Below are positions 37,244 through 45,621 of a DNA stretch of 64,000 nt, in pieces (within the stretch, counting starts at the first letter, position 1; each line of letters opens with the position of its first letter). The DNA is taken from positions 5,978-69,977 of the forward strand of contig JAZTZT010000153.1 of assembly GCA_045637605.1 (NCBI GenBank). Direction: 5' to 3'. The notes under the pieces were generated by a model. That model did not search any database. It was not told the DNA's origin and was given only the letters and a program-made list of their open reading frames with translations. This DNA comes from Pilosibacter sp. (lineage in GTDB: Bacteria > Bacillota > Clostridia > Lachnospirales > Lachnospiraceae). A program made the position numbers and the translations under genes.

Positions 37244-37290
37244 ATTCTCCTTTCTGACGTACATAATAGGGTTAGAAAGGAGAATTTTTT
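37244..37290 (+). terminator. dapB terminator whose 3' arm contains the Shine-Dalgarno sequence of the next gene
   Basis: attctcctttct/agaaaggagaat forms a 12-bp stem followed by TTTTT. AAGGAG at 37277-37282 precedes the ATG at 37291. Confidence 0.75.
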
Positions 37291-37635
37291 ATGGGAAAAA
37301 TCAAACGTTTGGCTTTGATCACAATGCTGGCAGCCGTTGTCAGTATTGTTGTTGCCTGTGGAAGAAATGATAACAGCGGCAGTACTTCCGGAAGCACTGC
37401 GGGGACAACTGCTCAAATGACGGAAGCAACTACAAGCACAGGAGACACATCTTCGGAAGCTTCCGAACCATATGTAAATGATGTAACAAACGGCAATTAT
37501 ACGGAAGAAACCGGGGGCATTTTAAGAGATATGGTGGATGATGTGGAACAAGGCATCAATAACATGACAGATGATGTTGCGAACGGAACAACAAATAGCT
37601 CTGCCGGTCATGCAGGCGGAGCAAATGCCCAGTAA
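37291..37635 (+). CDS. Small Ser/Thr-rich lipoprotein, function unknown
   Basis: Signal peptide with lipobox (VVACG), then low-complexity T/S/G-rich sequence. Confidence 0.55.
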   Translation: MGKIKRLALITMLAAVVSIVVACGRNDNSGSTSGSTAGTTAQMTEATTSTGDTSSEASEPYVNDVTNGNYTEETGGILRDMVDDVEQGINNMTDDVANGTTNSSAGHAGGANAQ

Positions 37636-37647
37636 TGATATGGATAT

Positions 37648-37684
37648 GACAGCCCCATAGAAATATGAGGCTGTCTTTTTATTT
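37648..37684 (+). terminator. Rho-independent terminator
   Basis: Stem gacagcc/ggctgtc followed by a T-run. Confidence 0.65.
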
Positions 37685-37737
37685 CAAATATGATACAATC
37701 GTTGTAAGGTATTTGGAGAGTACGGAAAGGAGTTTTT

Positions 37738-38013
37738 TTGAAACAGTATGTTTACAAACCGTACCATTCATGGAGACACGGATATAGGAGAGAGAAAACT
37801 CATGCTTTGGTTATTTTTTTTCTGCGAATAATACTGGTGGCAGAATTATTTATTTTATCCAGTCGTTATCTGAAGGAACATATGACTACACAGATGCATG
37901 ATAAAGAAATTACATATGAAACCGGAGTGGAAAATGTCTATGGCATTGGATTTGAACCGGAAAAAGGAGACTGGTTCTGGTTTCATAAAAAAACAGAAGT
38001 GGAAAATGAATAA
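37738..38013 (+). CDS. Hypothetical single-pass membrane protein
   Basis: TTG start 5 nt after AAAGGAG, with one hydrophobic segment (ALVIFFLRIILVAELFILS). I recognise no family. Confidence 0.35.
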   Translation: MKQYVYKPYHSWRHGYRREKTHALVIFFLRIILVAELFILSSRYLKEHMTTQMHDKEITYETGVENVYGIGFEPEKGDWFWFHKKTEVENE

Positions 38014-38027
38014 AACGAGAGATTTGT

Positions 38028-38063
38028 CTGAGTGTCGGAGTTTTCGGCACTCAGTCTTTTTTT
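38028..38063 (+). terminator. Rho-independent terminator
   Basis: Stem ctgagtgtcgg/cggcactcag followed by TTTTTTT. Confidence 0.7.
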
Positions 38064-38193
38064 AGTTTGATTTGACCTAAATTTCACATAAGTTGTATTT
38101 TGGATTTTACATAGCGCTGTTATACTTTGTTCACGTAAAAAGGAAAAAGACAGATGTTTTATAAAAATAAAAGGTTTGTAAGGAGTATGAATC

Positions 38194-39303
38194 ATGAAGA
38201 GAAAATTTAAAAAAGTATTAACTGTATCTGCTGTGGCATTGATGACATTAACTGCATGTGGTTCTAATGAAAGTGCTGTAACAGCACAGACAACTGCAAG
38301 TGCAGAGACAACAACGATTGAGACAACTGAAATTGAGAAAACTGAAGCGGAAGCATCTGAAGCAACCGCACAGGAGAAGCCTCTGGTAGTATATTTAAAT
38401 GATTTTGATGCAGTGATTCCGGATATGTTCAAGGAAGCTACTGGTTATGAAGTTGAAGTAGTAGTTGGAAACGGTGCAGAGACAATGTCTCGTATCGCAG
38501 CAGAAAAGGGCAATCCTCAGTGGGATGTGGTTTGGATTGATTCCATGTATGATGTATACAACCTTTCTAAAGAAGGGGAATTGATGACAGATATTGAGGT
38601 TGAGAATGGAAAAAATCTGACAGAGTTTTCTAAAACTCTGGTTCCGGAAAATAAATGTTTCTATCCGACAGGTATTCATGCTGCAGGTGTTCTTGTATAT
38701 AGAAATGATGTATATTCTGCAGAGGAAGCACCGAAGACCTTTGAAGAATTAACTGATGTAAAGTATGCGGATCAGGTTGGTATGGCGGATCCGGGTGTTG
38801 CAGCTCCGGCCTATCCATTAGCAGCTTACTTTATGGATAAAATGGGAATGGAAGACGGACAGAACTATTTTACAACGATGTTTAGCCAGGGATTAAAAGT
38901 ATTCCCGAAGAATCCGCAGGTTGTTCAGGCACTTGCAAGTGGTGAAATCAGTGTGGCATTGCTTCAGGAGTCAAACGCATATGGCATGATAGCAAGTGGT
39001 GAGCCGGTTTCTATTGTATGGCCGGAAGATGGTGCTCCGGGTTCCACTCGCGTTGCAGCAATCAGCGCGTCCACAAGTCAGCCGGAGGTTGCAAAAGCAT
39101 TTGTAAACTTCCTTCTTGATTCCAAAACACAGCAGTCTCTTGTTGAACTTGGTGATGAAGGTTACTTTGAGCCATCTGTTGAAGGCGTTACATTAAAGGC
39201 AGAACGAGATGCGAATGCAAAACTTGCAGTTGCTGATGTTGAGTTTGGTTCTGAGAATGAGGGCGATATCAAAGCATGGTTCGCAGATATGTCTGCACAG
39301 TAA
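38194..39303 (+). CDS. ABC transporter substrate-binding lipoprotein (family-1 SBP, FbpA/AfuA/ThiB-like)
   Basis: Lipobox LTACGS followed by a T/E-rich linker. The VVYLN...GNGAETMSRI...WDVVWIDS pattern fits Fe(III)/sugar-phosphate/thiamine-type binding proteins. The ligand cannot be called from sequence. Confidence 0.8.
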   Translation: MKRKFKKVLTVSAVALMTLTACGSNESAVTAQTTASAETTTIETTEIEKTEAEASEATAQEKPLVVYLNDFDAVIPDMFKEATGYEVEVVVGNGAETMSRIAAEKGNPQWDVVWIDSMYDVYNLSKEGELMTDIEVENGKNLTEFSKTLVPENKCFYPTGIHAAGVLVYRNDVYSAEEAPKTFEELTDVKYADQVGMADPGVAAPAYPLAAYFMDKMGMEDGQNYFTTMFSQGLKVFPKNPQVVQALASGEISVALLQESNAYGMIASGEPVSIVWPEDGAPGSTRVAAISASTSQPEVAKAFVNFLLDSKTQQSLVELGDEGYFEPSVEGVTLKAERDANAKLAVADVEFGSENEGDIKAWFADMSAQ

Positions 39304-39310
39304 ATGAAAT

Positions 39311-41002
39311 ATGAAAAACAGAGATAATACAGCTGGATTCGGTATATTGGCAATCCTCACGATTCTGGTTCTGCTTCCACTGGCAGCAGTTTTGGTTCAG
39401 ATTGTCTGCCCGAATCTCGATCCCAAAAAGTTTGATTTAGGTAATCTTTCCCTGCTTCTGCAGGTGTTCGTACGTCCGCTTTGGAAAAAAGCATTTCTAA
39501 ACTCCGTAGCACTGAGTATGGGAACTACGATCGTAGGACTGATCCTGGCAGCATTTTTAGCACATGTGCGAGTTCATTATGTGTTTCCGGGAGCAAAGAT
39601 GATCGATATCGTAAGCTGGATTTTGATGATTGTTCCATCTTTTATTCTGGCACAAGGCTGGGTGTACTTTTCTTCCGGAAATGGAATAGCAAAAGCGTGG
39701 CTTGGTATTGACGGCGTCAGCAATTTTATATTCAGTTTCTGGGGGCTTGTAACAGTAATGGTTCTTTGCAAGTATCCTCTTGCATATGTAACAATTAAAA
39801 ATGCAATGGAATGGTATCCGAAGCGTCTGGTATATGCAGCCAGAATGAACGGTGCCTCCAGTTTGAGAGCGTGGTTTCATGTACAACTTCCGCTCTGCAT
39901 CCCGGCATATTGTTCTGCTGCGATGCTTATCTTTATGGACACGGTCGGCGACTATGGCATGTCATCAACGATTACAGCAGTCTATTCGTTTCCGACTTTA
40001 CCATACACAATTTACAGTGCCATTTGTTCGTCACCGGTCCGATTTGATATGGCCGGAGTGTTATCCACTTATCTGATGATTCTTATTGTGATTGCGATGA
40101 TCATTCAGGGAATTGCTATGGGTAAGAAGAAGTTTGACTTTTTGGATAACGGTACAGAGCATGTTGCTCCGAAAAAGGTGAGTCCCACAAAGACTGCATT
40201 ATTTTCCACTATTGTGGGACTATTTCACCTTGTGGCGCTTGGAATCCCGCTGGGTTCCAATTTGATTATGTCATTTTCGAATTCTGTTAGTATTAAAAAG
40301 TTTCAATTTACATTGGAGAATTACCGTCAGGTATTCCAGACTGGCAGTAAATTGCTGATCGGCGTGAAGAACTCTCTTGGCTTGGCATTTTGTGCAGCAG
40401 TCATTGGCATGATTGTAGGATTCTGTGTGGCATATGTACTGACATACTCTGATTTCAAGCTCAAGAAGGGAATCGACATGCTGACCCTGGTTGCAATGGC
40501 AGTTCCTGGTGTTGTTCTCGGAATCGGTTATATTTTCGTGTGGAATCAGAAATGGCTTACAAATGTGGGACTTCATTTATATGGAAAACCGTCGATCCTG
40601 GTTCTGGCCAGTGTAGCAGCTGCAATTCCAATGATCAACCGTGTTTTGGTTGGCGGAATGGCGAAAGTGCCAAAATCGCTGCTTATTGCTGCACAGGTAC
40701 AGGGTGCTGGTTTCCCAACCAGATTGAAATCGGTACTTCTTCCTCTCCTTCATGATAGTACGGTTTCTGCGATTCTTGCGGCTTTTGGTGGAAGCGTATT
40801 TAATCTGGCGATCACAACTATTTTGTATCCGCCGAATTACAGTACTCTGCCGGTATATATAAGTGATGCGTACAATGACCTGGAATTTGGTCAGGCTGCA
40901 GCAGCAACGATCGTAGGTGCAGTATTCATTATCAGTATCATGTTGTGTATGGAGCGCATATTAAATATTGGTCGTAAAAAAGGACCTACGGACGTTCACT
41001 AG
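39311..41002 (+). CDS. Two-domain ABC permease (FbpB/ThiP-like)
   Basis: 563 aa with a duplicated 6-transmembrane MetI-like unit. It starts 7 nt after the binding-protein gene. Confidence 0.85.
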   Translation: MKNRDNTAGFGILAILTILVLLPLAAVLVQIVCPNLDPKKFDLGNLSLLLQVFVRPLWKKAFLNSVALSMGTTIVGLILAAFLAHVRVHYVFPGAKMIDIVSWILMIVPSFILAQGWVYFSSGNGIAKAWLGIDGVSNFIFSFWGLVTVMVLCKYPLAYVTIKNAMEWYPKRLVYAARMNGASSLRAWFHVQLPLCIPAYCSAAMLIFMDTVGDYGMSSTITAVYSFPTLPYTIYSAICSSPVRFDMAGVLSTYLMILIVIAMIIQGIAMGKKKFDFLDNGTEHVAPKKVSPTKTALFSTIVGLFHLVALGIPLGSNLIMSFSNSVSIKKFQFTLENYRQVFQTGSKLLIGVKNSLGLAFCAAVIGMIVGFCVAYVLTYSDFKLKKGIDMLTLVAMAVPGVVLGIGYIFVWNQKWLTNVGLHLYGKPSILVLASVAAAIPMINRVLVGGMAKVPKSLLIAAQVQGAGFPTRLKSVLLPLLHDSTVSAILAAFGGSVFNLAITTILYPPNYSTLPVYISDAYNDLEFGQAAAATIVGAVFIISIMLCMERILNIGRKKGPTDVH

Positions 41003-41024
41003 AAGCGAAAATAAAGGAATCAAT

Positions 41025-42104
41025 ATGGAAAATATACTTGAAATCAAAGAAGTGCGTAAGCACTATGGAAAAAAGGAAGTTTTAAAGGGGCTCAACCTGT
41101 CTGTGAAGGAAGGAGAAATCATTAGTGTTCTCGGTCCGTCCGGATGTGGTAAATCCACCTTGTTGAATATTATTGCAGGTATTCTTCCGCTGGATGGCGG
41201 TGCAGTCTGGATTCATGGAAGAGAAGTATCCAGTGAAAAAGGAATGCTTCCGACAGAAAAAAGAAATATCAATATGGTGTTTCAGGATTTTGCTCTTTGG
41301 CCGCATATGAGTGCCCGTGATAACATTCTTTATGGACTCAAAATCAAGAAAACAGACAAGACAGAAATGGAAGAGAGACTGAAAGAGGTAGTTTCTCTTT
41401 TGCACCTGGAAGGACTCATTGATCAGTATCCATCAGAGTTATCCGGTGGTCAGCAGCAACGAGTGGCAATTGCAAGAGCGTTGATCACAAAACCTGCAAT
41501 CGTTCTCCTGGACGAGCCACTTTGTAATCTTGATATCCAGTTACGTATTGAAATGCGTACGGAAATGGCACAGTTGTTTCATTCTTTAAAGACAACAGTG
41601 TTCCATGTGACCCATGATCCATCAGAGGCATTTGCGATGGCGGACCGTATTATCGTTATGAACCGAGGTCTGATTGATCAGAATGATATTCCGTCTATGT
41701 GTTATATGCACCCAAAGACGGCGATGGTTGCCGGACTTCTCGGAGCCGGAAATTCATTAAAAAAAGGTGAAATGGTAAAACGCGGCGAGAATACAGGATG
41801 TGTATGTATTGGTGACGCAAAGCTTGATGGTCAGTATTTCAGACAAAATAAATGTGAGGCCAACACCGATAATAATGGAGTAGAACTTCGCTTCCGCCCA
41901 GAGGAATGCAGCTGGCATGACAAACCAGAAGAAAATTCAATTCAGGTAAGGGTTACAATGTCTACGTTTGAAGGCGGCACATACCGTGTGAAGGTACAGA
42001 CAAAGGATATGGAAGAATTTTGTGTATTGCATACAGAATTTCTTCACGTGGGAAAACGTGGTTATGTATGTATTCCAAAAGAAAGGCTCTATATTTATGA
42101 ATAA
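41025..42104 (+). CDS. ABC transporter ATP-binding protein (FbpC/PotA-like, with a C-terminal regulatory/OB domain)
   Basis: Walker A GPSGCGKST, signature LSGGQQQR and Walker B VLLDEP. The ATG at 41025 follows AAAGGAA. Confidence 0.9.
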   Translation: MENILEIKEVRKHYGKKEVLKGLNLSVKEGEIISVLGPSGCGKSTLLNIIAGILPLDGGAVWIHGREVSSEKGMLPTEKRNINMVFQDFALWPHMSARDNILYGLKIKKTDKTEMEERLKEVVSLLHLEGLIDQYPSELSGGQQQRVAIARALITKPAIVLLDEPLCNLDIQLRIEMRTEMAQLFHSLKTTVFHVTHDPSEAFAMADRIIVMNRGLIDQNDIPSMCYMHPKTAMVAGLLGAGNSLKKGEMVKRGENTGCVCIGDAKLDGQYFRQNKCEANTDNNGVELRFRPEECSWHDKPEENSIQVRVTMSTFEGGTYRVKVQTKDMEEFCVLHTEFLHVGKRGYVCIPKERLYIYE

Positions 42105-43200
42105 ATTGATGATGAGAGGCGGCTATGGAGAACATGGCCGCAGCTGTTTTTTAGTTGAAATAGAACATGACAGACGCATGTATATGGTAGATTGCGGAAT
42201 CATGGACACAGATCCGAATCCTTATCCAAATGTGACAACAGAGGAATTAGAAAAAGTAGAGTTTCTGTTTCTGACCCATTGCCATAAGGATCATTCAGGA
42301 GCCTTTGATCATTTTGTAAAGCAGGGGTTTCGAGGAACCTTAGTGACAACGCGGATGACTTATAACCTTGCCGGGATTTCCTATGAAAAGACGGTATTCT
42401 TAGATGTTTCAGAAAATAATCAGGATTTTGATAATCGCTGCATATTGGGTCCATTAACCATTTGCTATGGCAGGACCGGGCATTGTCCGGGAGGATTGTG
42501 GTTTGAAATTACAGAAGGCACAGACACGATATTATTCAGCGGCGATTATCAGGAAGACACACTGGTGTATTGCTGTGATCCGATTCAGGAGCGGAGGGCT
42601 AAAATAGCGTTGCTGGATTGTGCACATCGAGAAACTGAACTGAATGCAAAAGAACTCCGGGCTCAGATTGTACGAGTGGTTTCAGAGAAAATCCAGAATG
42701 GACAGAAGGTAATACTTCCGGTTCCTCAGTTCGGAAGAGGACTTGAATTATTTGTATTGATGAAAAACGCATTTCCGAATCTTCGGGTACGGGTGGATCG
42801 CGATTTTGTGGATTATGCGAAGCGCATGCTGGAAGAACGTGTCTGGTATCTCACAGAGGCATATGATAGCCTTAAGTTGGACGAGATGGACGTGATCGAT
42901 ATACTTGGAGATCAGATGACGAAATACGATTATGATATTCTTCTTCTTGCTGACACGCATCTGAAAAAACAGAAAAATGAGGATTTTGTACATCATCAAC
43001 TGGAAAATGGAGAAGCAGTCCTGATCAATGGTCGTGTGAAGAAAAATGGACCGGTTGGAAAACTTCTAAAGGAAGGAAAAGCAGAGAAATTCTTATTTCC
43101 ACATCATCAGAGCTATGGAGATTTAAAACGAGTAGCTGCATCAAATCAGTTTGATATGATTTTACCTTTTCACAATCATGAGAAAGAAATATTGATTTAA
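42097..43200 (+). CDS. Metallo-beta-lactamase / beta-CASP-like hydrolase
   Basis: THCHKDHSG (motif 2), GHCPGG (3), FSGDY (4), GQKVILPVPQFGRGLELFVLM (beta-CASP core), PHHQSYGD (motif B) and PFHNHE (motif C). The ATG overlaps the ATPase stop (ATGAATAA). Confidence 0.7.
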   Translation: MNKLMMRGGYGEHGRSCFLVEIEHDRRMYMVDCGIMDTDPNPYPNVTTEELEKVEFLFLTHCHKDHSGAFDHFVKQGFRGTLVTTRMTYNLAGISYEKTVFLDVSENNQDFDNRCILGPLTICYGRTGHCPGGLWFEITEGTDTILFSGDYQEDTLVYCCDPIQERRAKIALLDCAHRETELNAKELRAQIVRVVSEKIQNGQKVILPVPQFGRGLELFVLMKNAFPNLRVRVDRDFVDYAKRMLEERVWYLTEAYDSLKLDEMDVIDILGDQMTKYDYDILLLADTHLKKQKNEDFVHHQLENGEAVLINGRVKKNGPVGKLLKEGKAEKFLFPHHQSYGDLKRVAASNQFDMILPFHNHEKEILI

Positions 43201-43206
43201 AATAAG

Positions 43207-43252
43207 AGAACCATAACTACTGGATGAAAATACGGTAGTTATGGTTCTTTTT
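43207..43252. terminator. Bidirectional terminator
   Basis: 14-bp stem agaaccataactac/gtagttatggttct followed by a T-run. Confidence 0.85.
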
Positions 43253-43454
43253 AGTCGTTGTCAGAGTGTTCATTTTTATCTTTTCCCATTTTTGTAAACA
43301 AAATCATTCCGTGAATGACAACCGGTATCATGATCAAACAAAATATAAATGCCATGATCGTTCCGGCAGAGGCACCTGTCGCGGCACAATAAACAAGTGC
43401 AGCAAAGACTGCAATGATGGCAATAATTCCAATCCATGCAAGTGTGCGTTTCAA
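43251..43454 (-). CDS. Small two-transmembrane membrane protein, function unknown
   Basis: TTG start 6 nt after AGGAGGG on the minus strand, with two hydrophobic helices. The mirror ORF on the plus strand was rejected. Confidence 0.5.
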   Translation of the reverse strand: MKRTLAWIGIIAIIAVFAALVYCAATGASAGTIMAFIFCLIMIPVVIHGMILFTKMGKDKNEHSDND

Positions 43455-43530
43455 TTCAATCCCTCCTAACTGTATTTATTATAGCGCATGTTAAGTAAAA
43501 TGAAAAGAGGAGAAATCCAGACAATGGAAC

Positions 43531-43559
43531 TTGACGGAATGTGTTCTGGTTGTTAGAAT
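43531..43559 (+). promoter_or_regulatory. Sigma-A-type promoter of the GntR-mcsA-mcsB-clpC operon
   Basis: TTGACG, 17-nt spacer, TAGAAT. Confidence 0.65.
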
Positions 43560-43571
43560 AGAAATAGAACA
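43554..43571 (+). repeat. Three tandem TAGAA(N) direct repeats overlapping the -10 and +1
   Basis: TAGAA-TAGAAA-TAGAAC, read directly from the sequence. Confidence 0.8.
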
Positions 43572-43607
43572 GACAAAACAAATCAAACAACGAAAGACGG
43601 TGAATCG

Positions 43608-43985
43608 ATGATACTAAAAATTGATTTTAACAGTGAAGAGGCTCTGTATATTCAGCTATGCAATCAGATTATTATGGGAATCGCTACAGAGATGCTGCAC
43701 GAAGGAGACAGTCTGCCGTCTGTTCGTCAGCTGGCAGACGAGATCGGAATTAACATGCACACAGTGAACAAAGCATATGCTGTCTTAAGGCAGGAGGGAT
43801 TTCTTCGCCTGGATCGCAGACGAGGAGCTGTTGTTGCGTTAGACATGGATAAATTACGTGCGTTAAATGAGATGAAACAGAATTTAGCGTTGATCATAGC
43901 AAGAGGAATCTGTAAGGATGTATCCAGAAATGAAGTTCACGCACTGGTAGATCAGATTTACGATGAATTTTGCGGACGATTATAA
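43608..43985 (+). CDS. Short GntR-family (YhcF-like) winged-helix transcriptional regulator
   Basis: LPSVRQLADEIGINMHTVNKAYAVLRQEGFL is a classic GntR wHTH. At 125 aa, there is no large effector domain. Confidence 0.8.
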   Translation: MILKIDFNSEEALYIQLCNQIIMGIATEMLHEGDSLPSVRQLADEIGINMHTVNKAYAVLRQEGFLRLDRRRGAVVALDMDKLRALNEMKQNLALIIARGICKDVSRNEVHALVDQIYDEFCGRL

Positions 43986-43996
43986 GGAGGAGCAAG

Positions 43997-44566
43997 ATGC
44001 TTTGCGAACAGTGTAAGAAGAGGGAAGCAACCGTGAAATATGTGGAAGTTGCGAACGGTGTGAAAACAGAGCACAATCTCTGCGGAATCTGTGCCTCTCA
44101 GTTGGATATCGGACCGTTCTCAGCTGTTTTTGAGGGAGAGATTTCCCTTGCAAGCCTGCTTTCCGGACTTCTCGGAATTCAGGATACAGAAAAGAAGGAT
44201 GGAAGATTCGCAGAGGTTCTTTGTCCGACTTGTGGAACAACATATGAAAACTTTATTGAAACCAGTCGATTTGGTTGTGGAGACTGTTATAGTGTGTTTG
44301 GCCCTTTATTAGGCGAAAATATTCGTCATTTACATGGAAGCGAACACCATGTGGGGAAACGTCCGGGGCATGTGATCCGAGAAGAGGCAGCAAAAGCCCA
44401 GACTCGTACGCAGAAAACAGAAGAAGATCATTTGCCAAACCTTACAAGAGAAGAACAGATCAAACTTCTTCAGGCGAGGATCAAGGATGCAGTGAGAAGA
44501 GAAGACTATGAGGAGGCTGCGGTATTGCGAGATGAGATCCGCGGTTTAAAAGAGGAGAACGTATAA
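43997..44566 (+). CDS. mcsA: Protein arginine kinase activator McsA (UvrB/C-motif protein)
   Basis: N-terminal CxxC pairs (CEQCKK, CGIC, CPTCG, CGDC) and a C-terminal UVR motif (EDYEEAAVLRDEIRGLK). The ATG follows AAGGAGGAG. Confidence 0.85.
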   Translation: MLCEQCKKREATVKYVEVANGVKTEHNLCGICASQLDIGPFSAVFEGEISLASLLSGLLGIQDTEKKDGRFAEVLCPTCGTTYENFIETSRFGCGDCYSVFGPLLGENIRHLHGSEHHVGKRPGHVIREEAAKAQTRTQKTEEDHLPNLTREEQIKLLQARIKDAVRREDYEEAAVLRDEIRGLKEENV

Positions 44567-45600
44567 TGGTAAAATGGTATGAAGTACCGGAAAGTACAGA
44601 ATCCAACGTGATTTACAGCAAAGTTCGTTTGGTGCGAAACTGGTCCGAGTATCCGTTCCCGGGAAAGATGACCAAAGAACAGAGTCTGGAGATGACAGCA
44701 CGCATTTTGAGCGGAATGCAAGGGCTAAACGAATTAGATCAAAAATCCTATTGTTTTTCTTACCTTCATCAGATGACAGACCTGGAAAAAGCAGTGCTCA
44801 TGGAACGCAAGGTTTTGAACCAGGGAATTTTAAAAAAGAAAGATGCCGGTGGCCTGGTATTATCAGATGATGAAAGTGTTGGCATTACCATCAATGGAGA
44901 TGACCATATTCGGATCCAGGTTCTGGAAAAGGGTTTGAATCTTATGGAATGCTATCAAAGGGCAAACAGGATCGACGATCATATTGGAGAACATGTGGAC
45001 TATGCATATGATGAAAAATATGGATATTTGACAGCATTTCCGACGAATATGGGAACCGGGCTGCGTGCTTCGGTGATCGTTCATCTTCCAATGCTTTCCC
45101 GTCGTAAAAATTTTAATAGTCTGGTTGCAGATATGGGACGTTTTGGAACTACGATCCGAGGTGTTTATGGAGAAGGAAACGAAAACTATGGTTCCCTTTA
45201 CCGTGTATCCAATCAGAAGACATTAGGACAGACAGAAAAAGATATTATCGACCTGATAAGTAAGGCTGCAACGGAGTTATCTTTGCAGGAGCGCAGGCTT
45301 CGCAGAGAGGCATTGAAACATCACGCAGTCATTTGTGCAGATGAAGCATATAAATCCTATGGAGTATTAAAATATGCCAGACGGTTATCTAAAAAAGAAG
45401 CGATGGAATACTTATCCCAGTTGATGTCTGGAATTTCAAGTGGGATCTTGGAAGTAACAGAACCTTGCTCCATCCATGAGTTGATCTTGGGTGCACAGAC
45501 GGCAAATCTTCTGAGCCATGCGGACAGACCGTTAAATAAAGAAGAAGTGGATGAGGCACGTGCAGACTTTCTGCGCGAGCATCTTCCGGAAATCCGATAA
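44566..45600 (+). CDS. mcsB: Protein arginine kinase McsB
   Basis: Guanidino-kinase motifs (NGDDHIRIQ, PTNMGTGLRASV). The start overlaps the mcsA stop (TAATG). Confidence 0.9.
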   Translation: MVKWYEVPESTESNVIYSKVRLVRNWSEYPFPGKMTKEQSLEMTARILSGMQGLNELDQKSYCFSYLHQMTDLEKAVLMERKVLNQGILKKKDAGGLVLSDDESVGITINGDDHIRIQVLEKGLNLMECYQRANRIDDHIGEHVDYAYDEKYGYLTAFPTNMGTGLRASVIVHLPMLSRRKNFNSLVADMGRFGTTIRGVYGEGNENYGSLYRVSNQKTLGQTEKDIIDLISKAATELSLQERRLRREALKHHAVICADEAYKSYGVLKYARRLSKKEAMEYLSQLMSGISSGILEVTEPCSIHELILGAQTANLLSHADRPLNKEEVDEARADFLREHLPEIR

Positions 45601-45621
45601 CAGGAGGATGAGAAAGAAATT

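Noticed and set aside
36847-37416. 189-aa minus-strand ORF overlapping dapB and the downstream lipoprotein gene
   Set aside because: It is antisense to dapB, crosses the dapB terminator and has a Cys-rich nonsense-like composition. It is a shadow ORF.
43266-43469. 67-aa plus-strand mirror ORF of the small membrane protein
   Set aside because: The minus-strand frame has a strong AGGAGGG RBS and encodes two clean hydrophobic helices. The plus-strand frame is Cys/Asn/Lys-rich and has no RBS.
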